A stretch of 64,000 bases of DNA from Verrucomicrobiia bacterium (GCA_947462875.1 CANHQJ010000012.1:48118-112117), one strand, 5' to 3'; shown: positions 19,929 through 29,560, counted from the stretch's first letter. Notes: generated by a model not told the origin, from the letters alone. Translations and numbers: made by a program.

Positions 19929-21746
19929 ATGAATTTTTTCACGGCACAAGAGCAGGCGCGCAGGCGGACCAAGTGGTTGGTGCTGTGGTTTGCTCTGGCC
20001 ACGGCGGGAACGGTGGTGAGTCTGTATCTGATCACGGGCCTGCTGATTGATTGGTATGCCGCCTTGCGGGGGGATGATATCGCGGTCGGGCATGAGTTGT
20101 CATGGTGGACGGCGGCGATCGGTAGCCTGGTGATTCCCGCCGGGAGTGCCTACAAGTTCATGCAGCTCTCGCAGGGCGGGGGAGTGGTGGCACGGGATTT
20201 GGGCGCGCGTCGTGTCCATCCGCTGACGCAGGATTTTTCCGAACGGCAGTTGCTCAACGTGGTGGAGGAAATGGCCATCGCCTCCGGAGTTCCGGTGCCG
20301 GAGGTGTGGATCATGGACGAGGAACTCTCGATCAACGCGTTTGCGGCGGGCACGGAGCCATCGAACGCGGTGGTGGGCGTGAGCCGCGGATGTTTGAAAA
20401 AACTGACCCGCGCGGAGCTGCAAGGCGTCATTGCCCATGAGTTCAGTCACATTTTGAATGGCGACATGTGCATGAACATGCGCCTGATCGGTTGGGTCTT
20501 TGGCTTGTTGATGATCGCGATGGCGGGGCGGGGGATTTTATCCTCGCTGCGCCACGTGCGCGTGCGCAGCTCCGGCGATAACAAAAGCGGCAACGGTTAT
20601 CTGATCATCATCGTCGCGGGTGCGGTGTTGTGGTTGGTCGGTTCGCTCGGGGTGTTTTTCGCGCGCATCATTCAGGCGGCGGTGTCGCGGCAGCGGGAGT
20701 ATCTGGCGGATGCCTCGGCGGTGCAATTCACGCGCGATCCCTCGGGGATTGCCGGGGCCCTGAAAAAAATCGCACGTCTGCCGCAGCAACGCGTGCTCTC
20801 GCCCCATGCGTCCGAGGCCGCGCATCTGCTGTTCCACGGCCCTGTGGGATTCCTTTTCCCGGGCTTGTTGGCGACACATCCTCCGTTGATCAAACGCATT
20901 CATGCGATTGATCCATCGTGGGATGGTGATTTGCGCAAGGTCGGCACGGAGGAGAGCTCCGAGCGCGCGCTCGATGGCAATGCTCTCGTCGCGCCCTTTT
21001 CCTCCCTGGATCTCTGCCAAGCGGGGGCGCTGCGGCAGAGCATGACGAAACAAGGGGCTGTCAGCACCGTGGCGCAGGCAAAGGCCCTGATGTTTTCTCT
21101 GGTGGCGGGAGATTCCAAGGCACTCGTGGTGCAGCCGGTGACGGCCCTTGACGCGGAGGAACAGGCGGCACTGGATTACTGGTGGCTGCGTTCGCGCGGT
21201 ATGAACTCGGCGGAGAAAATCGCCTGGATGGATCTGGCCATACCCACGTTGCGACAAATGTCTCCCGAGGAATACCGCCAGTTCCGTGAGGACTTGCAAA
21301 AGTGGACGATGAATGATGGCCAGGTAAGCATCTTCGAGTGGATGCTGCACCACGCCATCAACCGCCATTTGCTCGGAGCGTTCGAGCGCATGGATGTGGT
21401 GCCCGTGCGTTGGCATGACATAGCGCCAGTGGAGGATGCCGTGGCCGTGCTGTTGGCCTGCCTGTGCCAGCCATCGGGCCAAGCCAGTGCCTGGTCGCAA
21501 TGCGCGCAGGAATACCAACAGCGATTCGGGCGCGCATTGCCCCACGCGGTGGCGGATTTCCAGCAACTGCAAGAGTCGCTGTGGGTGCTGGAACAGGCCT
21601 CCCCCGATCTGAAAAACAGACTTCTCGATCTGTGCCGCTGGGTCACCCTGCTCGATGGCACGCAGTGCAATGGCGAGAGAGAAATCCTGCGCGCCACGGC
21701 TGATGCCATCGGAGTCATGCTGCCGCCCACCTCAGTGAGGGGCTGA
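19929..21746 (+). CDS. M48-family zinc metallopeptidase (HtpX-like) with long C-terminal extension
   Basis: HExxH motif in GVIAHEFSHILNGD plus multiple TM helices. At 605 aa it is roughly twice the usual M48 length; the extra ~300 C-terminal residues have no recognised motif. Confidence 0.75.
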   Translation: MNFFTAQEQARRRTKWLVLWFALATAGTVVSLYLITGLLIDWYAALRGDDIAVGHELSWWTAAIGSLVIPAGSAYKFMQLSQGGGVVARDLGARRVHPLTQDFSERQLLNVVEEMAIASGVPVPEVWIMDEELSINAFAAGTEPSNAVVGVSRGCLKKLTRAELQGVIAHEFSHILNGDMCMNMRLIGWVFGLLMIAMAGRGILSSLRHVRVRSSGDNKSGNGYLIIIVAGAVLWLVGSLGVFFARIIQAAVSRQREYLADASAVQFTRDPSGIAGALKKIARLPQQRVLSPHASEAAHLLFHGPVGFLFPGLLATHPPLIKRIHAIDPSWDGDLRKVGTEESSERALDGNALVAPFSSLDLCQAGALRQSMTKQGAVSTVAQAKALMFSLVAGDSKALVVQPVTALDAEEQAALDYWWLRSRGMNSAEKIAWMDLAIPTLRQMSPEEYRQFREDLQKWTMNDGQVSIFEWMLHHAINRHLLGAFERMDVVPVRWHDIAPVEDAVAVLLACLCQPSGQASAWSQCAQEYQQRFGRALPHAVADFQQLQESLWVLEQASPDLKNRLLDLCRWVTLLDGTQCNGEREILRATADAIGVMLPPTSVRG

Positions 21747-21761
21747 GACGTGGCCCGGGGT

Positions 21762-22187
21762 TCAGGACTTTTTGTCCAACACCTCCACCTTCACCGGCAC
21801 CACGCCGCGCGAGTAAAACCCGAGGCGCTCGGCACAGCCGACGGTGACATCGATGATGCGACCCTTGGTGTAGGGGCCGCGATCCGTGATGCGCACGATT
21901 TCCGATTTGCCGTTGGCGAGATTGGTCACGCGCACATGGGTGCCCATGGGAAGGGTTTTGTGAGCGGCAGTGGCGGCTGTGTTCGAAAGTCGCTCGCCGC
22001 TGGCGGTGCGGGTGCCGTAATTGGTTTTGACCGAATACCAGGATGCCTTGCCATGCTGCACGGTGCTGACGTCCCACTCTTCCTTCGTTTTATGGTGAGA
22101 AGCAGTGTTGCCGCTGACAGAACCACAAGAGTTCAGCACGGCAGCAGAGAGCAGTGCGGTTAGCAAAATTGTGATTTTCTTGTTCAT
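21762..22187 (-). CDS. RlpA-like lytic transglycosylase (DPBB domain) lipoprotein
   Basis: Start chosen at MNKKITILLTALLSAAVLNSCG (lipoprotein signal). The DPBB core reads ASWYSVKTNYGTRTASGERLSNTAATAAHKTLPMGTHVRVTNLANGKSEIVRITDRGPYTKGRIIDVT. Confidence 0.75.
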   Translation of the reverse strand: MNKKITILLTALLSAAVLNSCGSVSGNTASHHKTKEEWDVSTVQHGKASWYSVKTNYGTRTASGERLSNTAATAAHKTLPMGTHVRVTNLANGKSEIVRITDRGPYTKGRIIDVTVGCAERLGFYSRGVVPVKVEVLDKKS

Positions 22188-22384
22188 GACGGCGCCTAGG
22201 TAGGGCATCTTTTTCCATTGTGCAAGTGATTTTGGCCAACTTTCTGTCAGCATGCCATCTCGGCAGGTGAAAACTCGCACCAAACTACAGGATGGAATCA
22301 TTGTTATTTCAATGGTTTCCCGTCAAATTATTAATTTTTTGTTAATAATGTGATTTTTTTTTGAACAAAAGTAACAAAATTGTT

Positions 22385-22413
22385 TTGACAATCAGGGTCT
22401 CTCCGCATAATCT
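22385..22413 (+). promoter_or_regulatory. Candidate sigma70-like promoter for the PEP-CTERM gene
   Basis: TTGACA (22385-22390), 17-nt spacer, TAATCT (22408-22413), about 30 nt upstream of the ATG at 22442. It sits in an AT-rich intergenic region. Confidence 0.35.
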
Positions 22414-22441
22414 GTCGTCCGTCACCAGAAGAACATCTCTT

Positions 22442-22912
22442 ATGAAAAAAGCAATCCTTACTCTCCTCGCTGCCTTTTGCGCCAATGCTCAGGCATTCAC
22501 CCTCGACTTCCTTGCTTTCAACGGAACCAATCTGACTTCACCGTCCACCCTGAACGTTCCGGTCGTCGGTTACGGCACTTTGATTTTCAGCACTCTGCCC
22601 GGACAGGTTATCGCAATCAACAACACCCACGGCGCCGTTGCTGCGAACCTGGACTCTGGTGAGACTCTTACCGTAACCTTCGTGGGTGATCCACTCGTTG
22701 GTGGCACTTTCTCCTTCATCGGTCTCAACATCGGTGGTAACGATGATGTCAGCACCACTGAGATCAGCTCAAATACTTATGCGCTCAATCTTGCCACAGG
22801 TGACGGCGTAGGACTGCAATCCATTTCATGGAGCGCGATTCCTGAGCCATCGACCACGATGCTTGGTGCACTCGGTATGCTGGCAGTGGCTCTTCGCCGC
22901 CGCCGCGCCTAA
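22442..22912 (+). CDS. PEP-CTERM sorting-domain protein (exosortase substrate)
   Basis: Signal peptide MKKAILTLLAAFCANAQA. The C-terminus IPEPSTTMLGALGMLAVALRRRRA carries the PEP motif, a TM helix and an Arg cluster. Confidence 0.8.
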   Translation: MKKAILTLLAAFCANAQAFTLDFLAFNGTNLTSPSTLNVPVVGYGTLIFSTLPGQVIAINNTHGAVAANLDSGETLTVTFVGDPLVGGTFSFIGLNIGGNDDVSTTEISSNTYALNLATGDGVGLQSISWSAIPEPSTTMLGALGMLAVALRRRRA

Positions 22913-22930
22913 TCCATTCGGTGATACAAC

Positions 22931-22966
22931 GAAAAAAGGCTGTCTCTCACGAGACAGCCTTTTTTG
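22931..22966. terminator. Bidirectional Rho-independent terminator
   Basis: Perfect 10-bp stem AGGCTGTCTC / GAGACAGCCT with 4-nt loop (22937-22960), flanked by an A-run upstream and TTTTTTG downstream. It lies between the convergent PEP-CTERM gene and ffh. Confidence 0.7.
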
Positions 22967-22981
22967 TTGTGAGAGCTCGGT

Positions 22982-24358
22982 TTACTTTTTGCCGAAGCCG
23001 CGCATGATGTTGCCGAGGTCGCCCATGTTTTCGGCGCCGCCGGACATGGCTTTCATCATGTTCTTCATCTTGTGCGGGGAGCGCATCATCTCGCGCATTT
23101 GGCCGAACTGCTTGAGCAGGTCGTTGACTTCCTTCAGGGTGGTGCCGGAGCCGCTGGCGATGCGTTTGCGGCGGGTGCCGCGGATGATTTCGGGGCGACG
23201 GCGCTCGTCCTTGGTCATGCTGAGCACGATGGCCTCGGTGCGTTTCATTTTTTTGCCGTCAAAAGCGTTGGAGGGCAGTTGTTTTTTGATTTTGCTGAAG
23301 CCGGGCAGCAGACCCAGGAGCCCTTCGAGCGGACCCATGTTCTGGATCATTTTCATTTGATCGAGGAAATCGGTGAAGTCGAACTTGCCCTCGGCCATGC
23401 GCTGGGCGCTGCGCATGGCATCGGCCTCGTTGATCTTATCGGCGACTTGCTCGACCATGCCGACGATGTCGCCCATGCCGAGAATGCGGTCGGCCATGCG
23501 GGTGGGGTGAAATTCACCGAGCTGGTCGAGTTTTTCGCCTTCGCCGATGTACTTGATCGGCTTGCCGGTGACGGCGCGCATGGAGAGGGCGGCGCCGCCG
23601 CGGGCATCGCCATCGAGCTTGGTGAGGATGATGCCGGTGAGGCCGACGGCGTCATTGAAGTGGGTGGCCACGGAGACGGCTTGTTGGCCGGCGGCGGAAT
23701 CGGCGACGAGAAGGGTTTCCTTCGGCGCGAGGAAGGAGTGGAGTTTTTTCAGCTCGGCGATGAGGTTGTCGTCGAGTTCCTGGCGGCCGGCGGTGTCGAA
23801 GATGATGACGCTGTGGTCCTGGGTTTGCGCCCATGCCAGCGCGTCCTTGGCGACCTTGACGAGGTCGGTCTCGGAGGCGGCAGGTGTGTAGCAGGGAACT
23901 TCCGCTTGTTTCGCGAGGAGCGCGAGCTGCTCGATGGCGGCAGGGCGGTAAAGGTCGATGGCGACCAGCACGGGGCGGCGGCCTTCTTTTTTCAGGCGAT
24001 AGGCGAGTTTGGCCGCAGTGGTGGTTTTTCCGGCACCATTGAGGCCGCAAAGGAGGATGCGTGCGGGCGGATTGAGGTCGAGCGGGGCGTTGTCGCCACC
24101 GAGCAGGGCGGCGAGTTCATCGTGGAAAATCTTGACGATTTGCTCGCCGGGTTTGATCGATTTGAGGACATCGACGCCCAGGGCTTTTTCCTTGATGCGG
24201 TTGATGAAATCGCGGGCGACGGAAAATTCCACGTCGGCCTCGAGCAGGGCGAGCCGGATTTCGCGCAGGGCATCGCTGATGTTCGATTCGGAAATTTTTC
24301 CGACGCCGCGGAGGTTGCGGAAGGTTTTGTCGAGAGAGTCTGCGAGAGATTGGAACAT
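22982..24358 (-). CDS. ffh: Signal recognition particle protein Ffh
   Basis: 458 aa: MFQSLADSLDKTFRNLRGVGKISESNISDALREIRLALLEADV..., GTPase motifs (GLNGAGKTTT) and a Met-rich C-terminal M domain. Confidence 0.9.
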   Translation of the reverse strand: MFQSLADSLDKTFRNLRGVGKISESNISDALREIRLALLEADVEFSVARDFINRIKEKALGVDVLKSIKPGEQIVKIFHDELAALLGGDNAPLDLNPPARILLCGLNGAGKTTTAAKLAYRLKKEGRRPVLVAIDLYRPAAIEQLALLAKQAEVPCYTPAASETDLVKVAKDALAWAQTQDHSVIIFDTAGRQELDDNLIAELKKLHSFLAPKETLLVADSAAGQQAVSVATHFNDAVGLTGIILTKLDGDARGGAALSMRAVTGKPIKYIGEGEKLDQLGEFHPTRMADRILGMGDIVGMVEQVADKINEADAMRSAQRMAEGKFDFTDFLDQMKMIQNMGPLEGLLGLLPGFSKIKKQLPSNAFDGKKMKRTEAIVLSMTKDERRRPEIIRGTRRKRIASGSGTTLKEVNDLLKQFGQMREMMRSPHKMKNMMKAMSGGAENMGDLGNIMRGFGKK

Positions 24359-24420
24359 AAAAAAAGTGTTTAGTGATCCGCCGTCGCTGACGCTATGGCG
24401 GACATGTCAGTGGGGAGTGA

Positions 24421-25176
24421 TCAGTGTTTGATAACGTCGCGGAGGACCTGGATGGCGTGTTTGATGGGGACTTGGCGACCTTGGGTAGTGGCGAGTCCGG
24501 AGAGGTGCATGAGGCAGGACATGTCGCCGCTGATGAGGAGATCGGGCTCTTGTTCGAGGATGTGATCGAGTTTCAGCGTGCCCATTTTTCCGGAGATGTG
24601 CGGGAAGGTGACGGAAAAGGTGCCGCCGAAGCCGCAGCATTGTTCGCTTTGGCCGAAGGGGAGCAGAGTGACATTGCCGATGGAGGAGAGCAGCGTGCGG
24701 GTCGATTCTCCGGAGCAGGTGCCGCGCGAGTGGCAGGAGCGATGGAAGGCGATCTTGGTGGCGGCGGGCAGGCTGCCGGGCCAGGTGGTGATGCCGAGGC
24801 CGTGGACGAGAAAGTCCATGATTTCCCAGGTGCGGTTGGCGAGGGAATCGATGGAGGCATCGGGGCATTCCTCAAATTGCAATTTGTTACCGTGGAAATT
24901 CATCGCCGCGCAGGAGCCGGAGGGAACAATCACGGGCAGGTCGCCGGCGAAGACCGAGGCGGTGTGCAGCGCGACTTTGCGCGAAGCATTCCAGTCGCCC
25001 GAGTTGAAAGCGGGCTGGCCGCAGCAGGTTTGGTTTTCCGGGAAAATGACTTCCACGCCGAGGTGCTCGAGCACTTCGACAGTGGCCTTGGCGACATCGT
25101 CAAAAAACGCATCGCAGAGGCAGGTGCCCATGAGGAGGACTTTTTTTCCGGCGGGTCGAGAAGCGGTAATGGCCAT
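24421..25176 (-). CDS. (Fe-S)-binding protein with CCG (cysteine-rich) domains, LutA/GlpC-like
   Basis: 251 aa. Cys motifs MGTCLCDAFF, NQTCCGQP, PSGSCAAM, SCHSRGTCSG and EQCCGFGG are typical of LutA-type CCG-domain proteins. No lutB/lutC is adjacent. Confidence 0.65.
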   Translation of the reverse strand: MAITASRPAGKKVLLMGTCLCDAFFDDVAKATVEVLEHLGVEVIFPENQTCCGQPAFNSGDWNASRKVALHTASVFAGDLPVIVPSGSCAAMNFHGNKLQFEECPDASIDSLANRTWEIMDFLVHGLGITTWPGSLPAATKIAFHRSCHSRGTCSGESTRTLLSSIGNVTLLPFGQSEQCCGFGGTFSVTFPHISGKMGTLKLDHILEQEPDLLISGDMSCLMHLSGLATTQGRQVPIKHAIQVLRDVIKH

Positions 25177-25209
25177 GCGCGGAGAGCATCGTCGGGTTTT
25201 GCCGAAAAT

Positions 25210-25941
25210 TCAATCAGCGATTCCGTCAACGCGGCGTTTTTTGCGCAACAGCGGCAAGGTCAGGAAGACGAACAGCAAGAGCGCGATGAGTTCGAACGAA
25301 AAAATGTAGTAGGGCCAGGGGCCGAGGTGATCGATCAGGCTGGGATTGGGCGGCGGGTGGGAGACAAAGCCGAAATTGGTGCCGAGAGCCGCGTTGGCGA
25401 TGGCGGCGAACAGAAGATAGAGATTGACGCAGAAAAACGCCCGCAGCGGGCTCGTCCACCAGGGATGCCGCGGGCGCCATCCATCGCAAAGGGGGAGAAA
25501 CAGCGCCGCTCCGACGATGGCAAAGTGGTGCAGGAAAAACGAAAAAAACGTGAGGTGCGGATACGTGTAGGTCAGTGCGGGAGTGATCAGGGCCTGAAGC
25601 GTGGCCGCCAGTCCCCAGTAGTAGGTGAGCGTCTGCGCCCAGTGCTTGCGGGTCAGCAAGGCGTAGCCCGCGAGAAAGGCGGCGATATCGCAGAGATGAA
25701 AGGGCAGAATGTTGTCGAGATCCAACTTATGCTGGCAGGTGCTCCATGCATACTGGGAATAGCCGTAGGCGGTGAGGCAGAAAAATGCCAACACAGCGCG
25801 CACGAGAGGCTGCGCCGTCGCCGGGGAACGCTTGGCGACCAGGAGCAGAATCGACAACAAGGCAAATCCCAAACCCACCGTAATCAGATGGGTAGAAGAA
25901 AAGACAAGGAAGCGCTCAGGCATGGCGCATGATGCGATCAT
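25210..25941 (-). CDS. Integral membrane protein (TIGR02206/YwaF-like, tentative)
   Basis: About 240 aa, very hydrophobic with about seven predicted helices and an internal NILPFHLCD motif. Start is ambiguous (25941 or 25923). Family assignment is from memory only. Confidence 0.45.
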   Translation of the reverse strand: MIASCAMPERFLVFSSTHLITVGLGFALLSILLLVAKRSPATAQPLVRAVLAFFCLTAYGYSQYAWSTCQHKLDLDNILPFHLCDIAAFLAGYALLTRKHWAQTLTYYWGLAATLQALITPALTYTYPHLTFFSFFLHHFAIVGAALFLPLCDGWRPRHPWWTSPLRAFFCVNLYLLFAAIANAALGTNFGFVSHPPPNPSLIDHLGPWPYYIFSFELIALLLFVFLTLPLLRKKRRVDGIAD

Positions 25942-26113
25942 TCACAGGCGCCGAGCGAGAAAAAAATCGGCGCTCTTTCTGCGCGAAAAGGTGCGAAAGC
26001 CGTGAAATCGAAAGGGCGCCACAGCGGACCGGCGTAGAACAGCACGAACCACCTGCCTAGGCGATCCAGATCGAACGATATGCCTTTCATCGGTCAGCAG
26101 ACCATTACGAAGA

Positions 26114-29100
26114 TCAAGGGGTCAAGGTGACGCGGAGCTGATAGAAAACCTTGCCTGCGATGGGAGACGCACGCGAGTAGCGACGCTGCTCGATCCCGGT
26201 TGAAACGCTGACGCGATTATCAGTAACCGGAGTCCAATCTACCATGTTGGTGGATTCCCGGAGTTGATAGACAAGCCCCGCTCGATTGGTCGGGCGCGAG
26301 TAGCTGACGCCCACAGTGCCGGGCTGGTCGAGCAGTTGGAGAGTGACGGGTGCGACCGCGGAACCAGAACCGAGTCCGAGGGCGAATTCTATCAGATTGG
26401 CGACCCCGTTGCCATTGGCGTCGCCGCCGGGACTGGCGTCGGACCCGGCGGCGATGACGTTTCCGCTCCAAGTCTGATAGACTAACAGAACGGCGGCCGG
26501 ACTGACAGTTTTCGCGTTCAGGTATGCGAGAACGTTGGCGCGCTCGGTGTTGCTGAGAACCCGATTGTAGATCATGACCTCACCGATCGTGCCGCGCATG
26601 GAATTTCCCCCGGCGAGTCCTCCCAGTTGATACGTCGGATCGGTATTGTTCGCAGTGGCGGTGCCAGTGCCAACTTGCGTCCCGTCCAGGTAGAGTGTGC
26701 CGGTTTTTGTGGTGGAATCATACGTTCCGACGAGCAGATGCCCTTGCCCGGCGACCATTGCGTTTGTGGAAAGCACAAACTGCGCGCCGTGCCAGAGGCG
26801 AGGGAATGCCGTGCTGGCCATATAGAGCGCATGGCGGGTGCCAGTAGTGCCACCCGAGGAAAGGATGTTGCCACTGGTGGCGGGGAAATCCGGCATCGAA
26901 ACCCGCACGATTTTGGTGTAGCTCCCGGTGGACATTCCTGCCGTGGCGTTGAGGTTATCGGCCCCGTCGAAGAAGACGCCGGGCATGGTGCCGAAACTGC
27001 CTGGCACATAGGATGGTTTCGCCGCGGCCGTCGCTTGGCTGCAATGGTTGCCATTGCCGCTACTATCCTGCCAGCTGGAAACTGCCCCGGCGGAATCACG
27101 GATGATGCCGGTTTCCGGTTTGAGCCAGACGCTGAGTCCGCTGCTGACGCCACCCGGTGCTGCGGTGGTCCCGGCGAAGATCACGACCGAGGCCTCGCTG
27201 GTTTTTCCGCCGCTGTTTGTGGCGCGGAAGACGATCTGATGGCTGCCGGACGCGGGGACGGTCCAGGTGTCGGCAATGGCATTTCCTGATCCGACGGCGG
27301 TGTGCAGAATCCCATCGATGAAAATCTCCAGTTGCGTCAGAGTTCCGATCTGAGTGGTGGCTGTGGCGCTGAGGGGTAGGACCGTGCCGGGGGCAAATTC
27401 CGACACGGCGGCGGGCGAAATGATGGAAACTTCCGGGTGGTCGTTTACAATGGCGGGGACAGGTTCGGAAAAGGTCAGCAGGCCGACGCCATTGCTGTTG
27501 CGCACCCAGCCGCCGGCGCTGCCGATGTGGGCGAGGTAGTCGAGGCGGGTGGTTCCGCTCAGATTGCGATCGTATTGCAGCTCAATGGCGGTGGCGGTGA
27601 CCGAGGCGGATTGGAGGACGGCGGAGGAACCGGTGAGCCGGAAATCGACCAGAGCACCGGCATCAACCGCGATTCCCGCATTGGGTTTCCGCAGAACGAT
27701 GCGCAAGCGGGTGCCGGCCTCATCGGCTACTTCCACACGGGCGGGATTGGGGGCATCGATGGCCGGGGCATCCGGCGCACCGTAAAGTTCCCGTGCGACC
27801 TGTCGGAAACTATTCAAGCCGTGGGTTTCATGACCACCAATGAACGGGTAGTGGCAGTTGTCCGTGTGGACAGTCAGCCCGTTGGTTGACATCACGCGGA
27901 CTTTTGGATAGAAGTCAGGGAGCAGGCGTTGGGCGTCCCGTAGCTCGGGCAACTCACGTGTGGTGCTGCAGCCGACGTGCAACTGGGTGACAAAAATTTT
28001 CTCCACCGCCGGGTAATCCACCTGCCAGTCCGCCATCAGTGAGGCGAATCCGTCCACGTGCTGCGCCGTATTGTTGACGTCGCTTTCACCCTGATAGTAA
28101 AAGATACCGCGGACGCCACTGGCGACTTTTGCAAGATTGGCGCGGTAACGCAGGCGGTTGTACACTCGGAAAACGGGATCGGCATCCGCCAGGTTGTTGA
28201 GGTTGGCATCATCGCGCTGTAGCTTGGGCATCGAGTAACCGCCGCGGGAGCCGTTCAGAATGGCGACCGGGATGCCATAGGTATCGACAATCTTACGGCC
28301 CACCACGAGCGCCCATTGGCCGACGCCAGCAGGAACAGAGCGGCTGCCATCACCATCGGCCTGCACCCAGAATGGATAGGCCTGGGTGACGGTCGCATCG
28401 TCACTGGACATGCCAAAGGTGCGAATCCACGGCGAGGCGTAGGCATTGGCACTGCCCGAGCGCACGGCGGCTTCGGCATTTGATTGCCCATACCAAAGGT
28501 AAACATCGCCAGCCGTAACGTCGCTGATGCGCCGCACGAGAAAAAGATTCACGCCCTGTTTCAGATAGATTTCAAACGTATAGGAAGCGAGTTCGGCCGG
28601 GATGGTGGGACTGAACGAGAAACTCGCGGAGCCACCGGCATAGGTCAGGTTTTGTTGCATCTCTTGACCATAGAGGACCCCATTACGAAAGACTTTCAGC
28701 ACCGCCTTTTCGAAACCACCGGAGCTTTCCGTGCCAGCGACTGGAACGATCGCGGTAATCGATGCCACGTTGCGGGGGGTGACTTGTTGGTTGATCGGCA
28801 GGGCGGAGAAGGTCACGGCAAAACGCTTCGGGCGGACCAACACAACCAGCTTGCGGGCGGTGTAGGTGGCGGTGTTGGCGGCGAAGGTGTAGTCCGGATT
28901 GGTCCCCGTGGAATTGCCGATGCCGACATCGTCGTTCGTAGTGGCAGATGAGGCCCAGCGGTTGTATGCCAGCACCACTTGTCGGCTTCCGGGATTGTGG
29001 ATTTGAAAAGACCCGTAGCCGGAGGGCGAGCCGGTGGTGAGGGTATCTCCCCAATCGAAAAGCGTGGTGCTGGGGGCGGCAAAGACGGCCGTGCCATTCG

Positions 29101-29560
29101 GAGCGGAATAACTGTTGTGCCAAAATTCGATCTGTCCGCGATCAAAGGAGCCGTTTTGGACTCCGGCCATGTTGGAAAAGACGTCGAGATGGGAAACGCT
29201 CTGCTGGAAGCTCACCGGGTTGTTCACGGCGTGCGGCAAGCCTGTTTGCACGACTGAGGTGGTGAACGCATCCATCGACGCAAAGACCCATTTTGTAACG
29301 GAGGCGTTGGTCAGTTCCAGGTAATAGGCAACGCGGTCGAAGCCTGTCGGCGCGGCAGTCGCACTGTGATTCACCGAGTAGGGAACGGCGGTCGCGCCTT
29401 GAAAAGCGCCATTGACGGGGATATCGAGTTCATACGCCACGTTGTAGCCCGCTGCCTGGGGCACGTTCGAGAATACATCGGCTTGGGCAGAGATGGCAGC
29501 CATCGCTGTGAAGAAAACCCAAGTCATGAGCCTTGTTTTTTTGATAGATCTTGCGCTCAT
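26114..29560 (-). CDS. Large secreted multidomain protein: SASA-like esterase domain, Ig-like domain, LamG domain and conserved C-terminal module
   Basis: Start chosen at MSARSIKKTRLMTWVFFTAMAAISAQA (29560); the ORF is open to 29641. It carries an esterase motif DVYLWYGQSNAEAAV, a LamG-like region (LSVWLKPETG...GTLYLDGTQVGTGTA...IGEVMIYNRVLS) and a C-terminal module shared with the protein at 50431-53694. Confidence 0.65.
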   Translation of the reverse strand: MSARSIKKTRLMTWVFFTAMAAISAQADVFSNVPQAAGYNVAYELDIPVNGAFQGATAVPYSVNHSATAAPTGFDRVAYYLELTNASVTKWVFASMDAFTTSVVQTGLPHAVNNPVSFQQSVSHLDVFSNMAGVQNGSFDRGQIEFWHNSYSAPNGTAVFAAPSTTLFDWGDTLTTGSPSGYGSFQIHNPGSRQVVLAYNRWASSATTNDDVGIGNSTGTNPDYTFAANTATYTARKLVVLVRPKRFAVTFSALPINQQVTPRNVASITAIVPVAGTESSGGFEKAVLKVFRNGVLYGQEMQQNLTYAGGSASFSFSPTIPAELASYTFEIYLKQGVNLFLVRRISDVTAGDVYLWYGQSNAEAAVRSGSANAYASPWIRTFGMSSDDATVTQAYPFWVQADGDGSRSVPAGVGQWALVVGRKIVDTYGIPVAILNGSRGGYSMPKLQRDDANLNNLADADPVFRVYNRLRYRANLAKVASGVRGIFYYQGESDVNNTAQHVDGFASLMADWQVDYPAVEKIFVTQLHVGCSTTRELPELRDAQRLLPDFYPKVRVMSTNGLTVHTDNCHYPFIGGHETHGLNSFRQVARELYGAPDAPAIDAPNPARVEVADEAGTRLRIVLRKPNAGIAVDAGALVDFRLTGSSAVLQSASVTATAIELQYDRNLSGTTRLDYLAHIGSAGGWVRNSNGVGLLTFSEPVPAIVNDHPEVSIISPAAVSEFAPGTVLPLSATATTQIGTLTQLEIFIDGILHTAVGSGNAIADTWTVPASGSHQIVFRATNSGGKTSEASVVIFAGTTAAPGGVSSGLSVWLKPETGIIRDSAGAVSSWQDSSGNGNHCSQATAAAKPSYVPGSFGTMPGVFFDGADNLNATAGMSTGSYTKIVRVSMPDFPATSGNILSSGGTTGTRHALYMASTAFPRLWHGAQFVLSTNAMVAGQGHLLVGTYDSTTKTGTLYLDGTQVGTGTATANNTDPTYQLGGLAGGNSMRGTIGEVMIYNRVLSNTERANVLAYLNAKTVSPAAVLLVYQTWSGNVIAAGSDASPGGDANGNGVANLIEFALGLGSGSAVAPVTLQLLDQPGTVGVSYSRPTNRAGLVYQLRESTNMVDWTPVTDNRVSVSTGIEQRRYSRASPIAGKVFYQLRVTLTP

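Noticed and set aside
20538-21572. 344-aa minus-strand ORF inside the M48 peptidase gene
   Set aside because: The sense-strand product carries HExxH and TM helices. The antisense ORF has His/Arg-rich composition typical of spurious GC ORFs.
23072-24373. 433-aa plus-strand ORF antisense to ffh
   Set aside because: ffh is unambiguous. The antisense translation is Gly/Ala/Asp low complexity.
24424-25932. 502-aa plus-strand ORF spanning the antisense of the LutA-like and membrane protein genes
   Set aside because: It crosses two minus-strand genes and an intergenic gap. Composition is Gly/Arg/Glu low complexity.
25942-26113. Imperfect inverted repeat GGCGCCGA...TCGGCGC with an A7 loop, considered as a terminator
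   Set aside because: The T/A run sits inside the loop, not after the stem, and the stem is only 7 bp with a 12-nt loop. That is not convincing as an intrinsic terminator.
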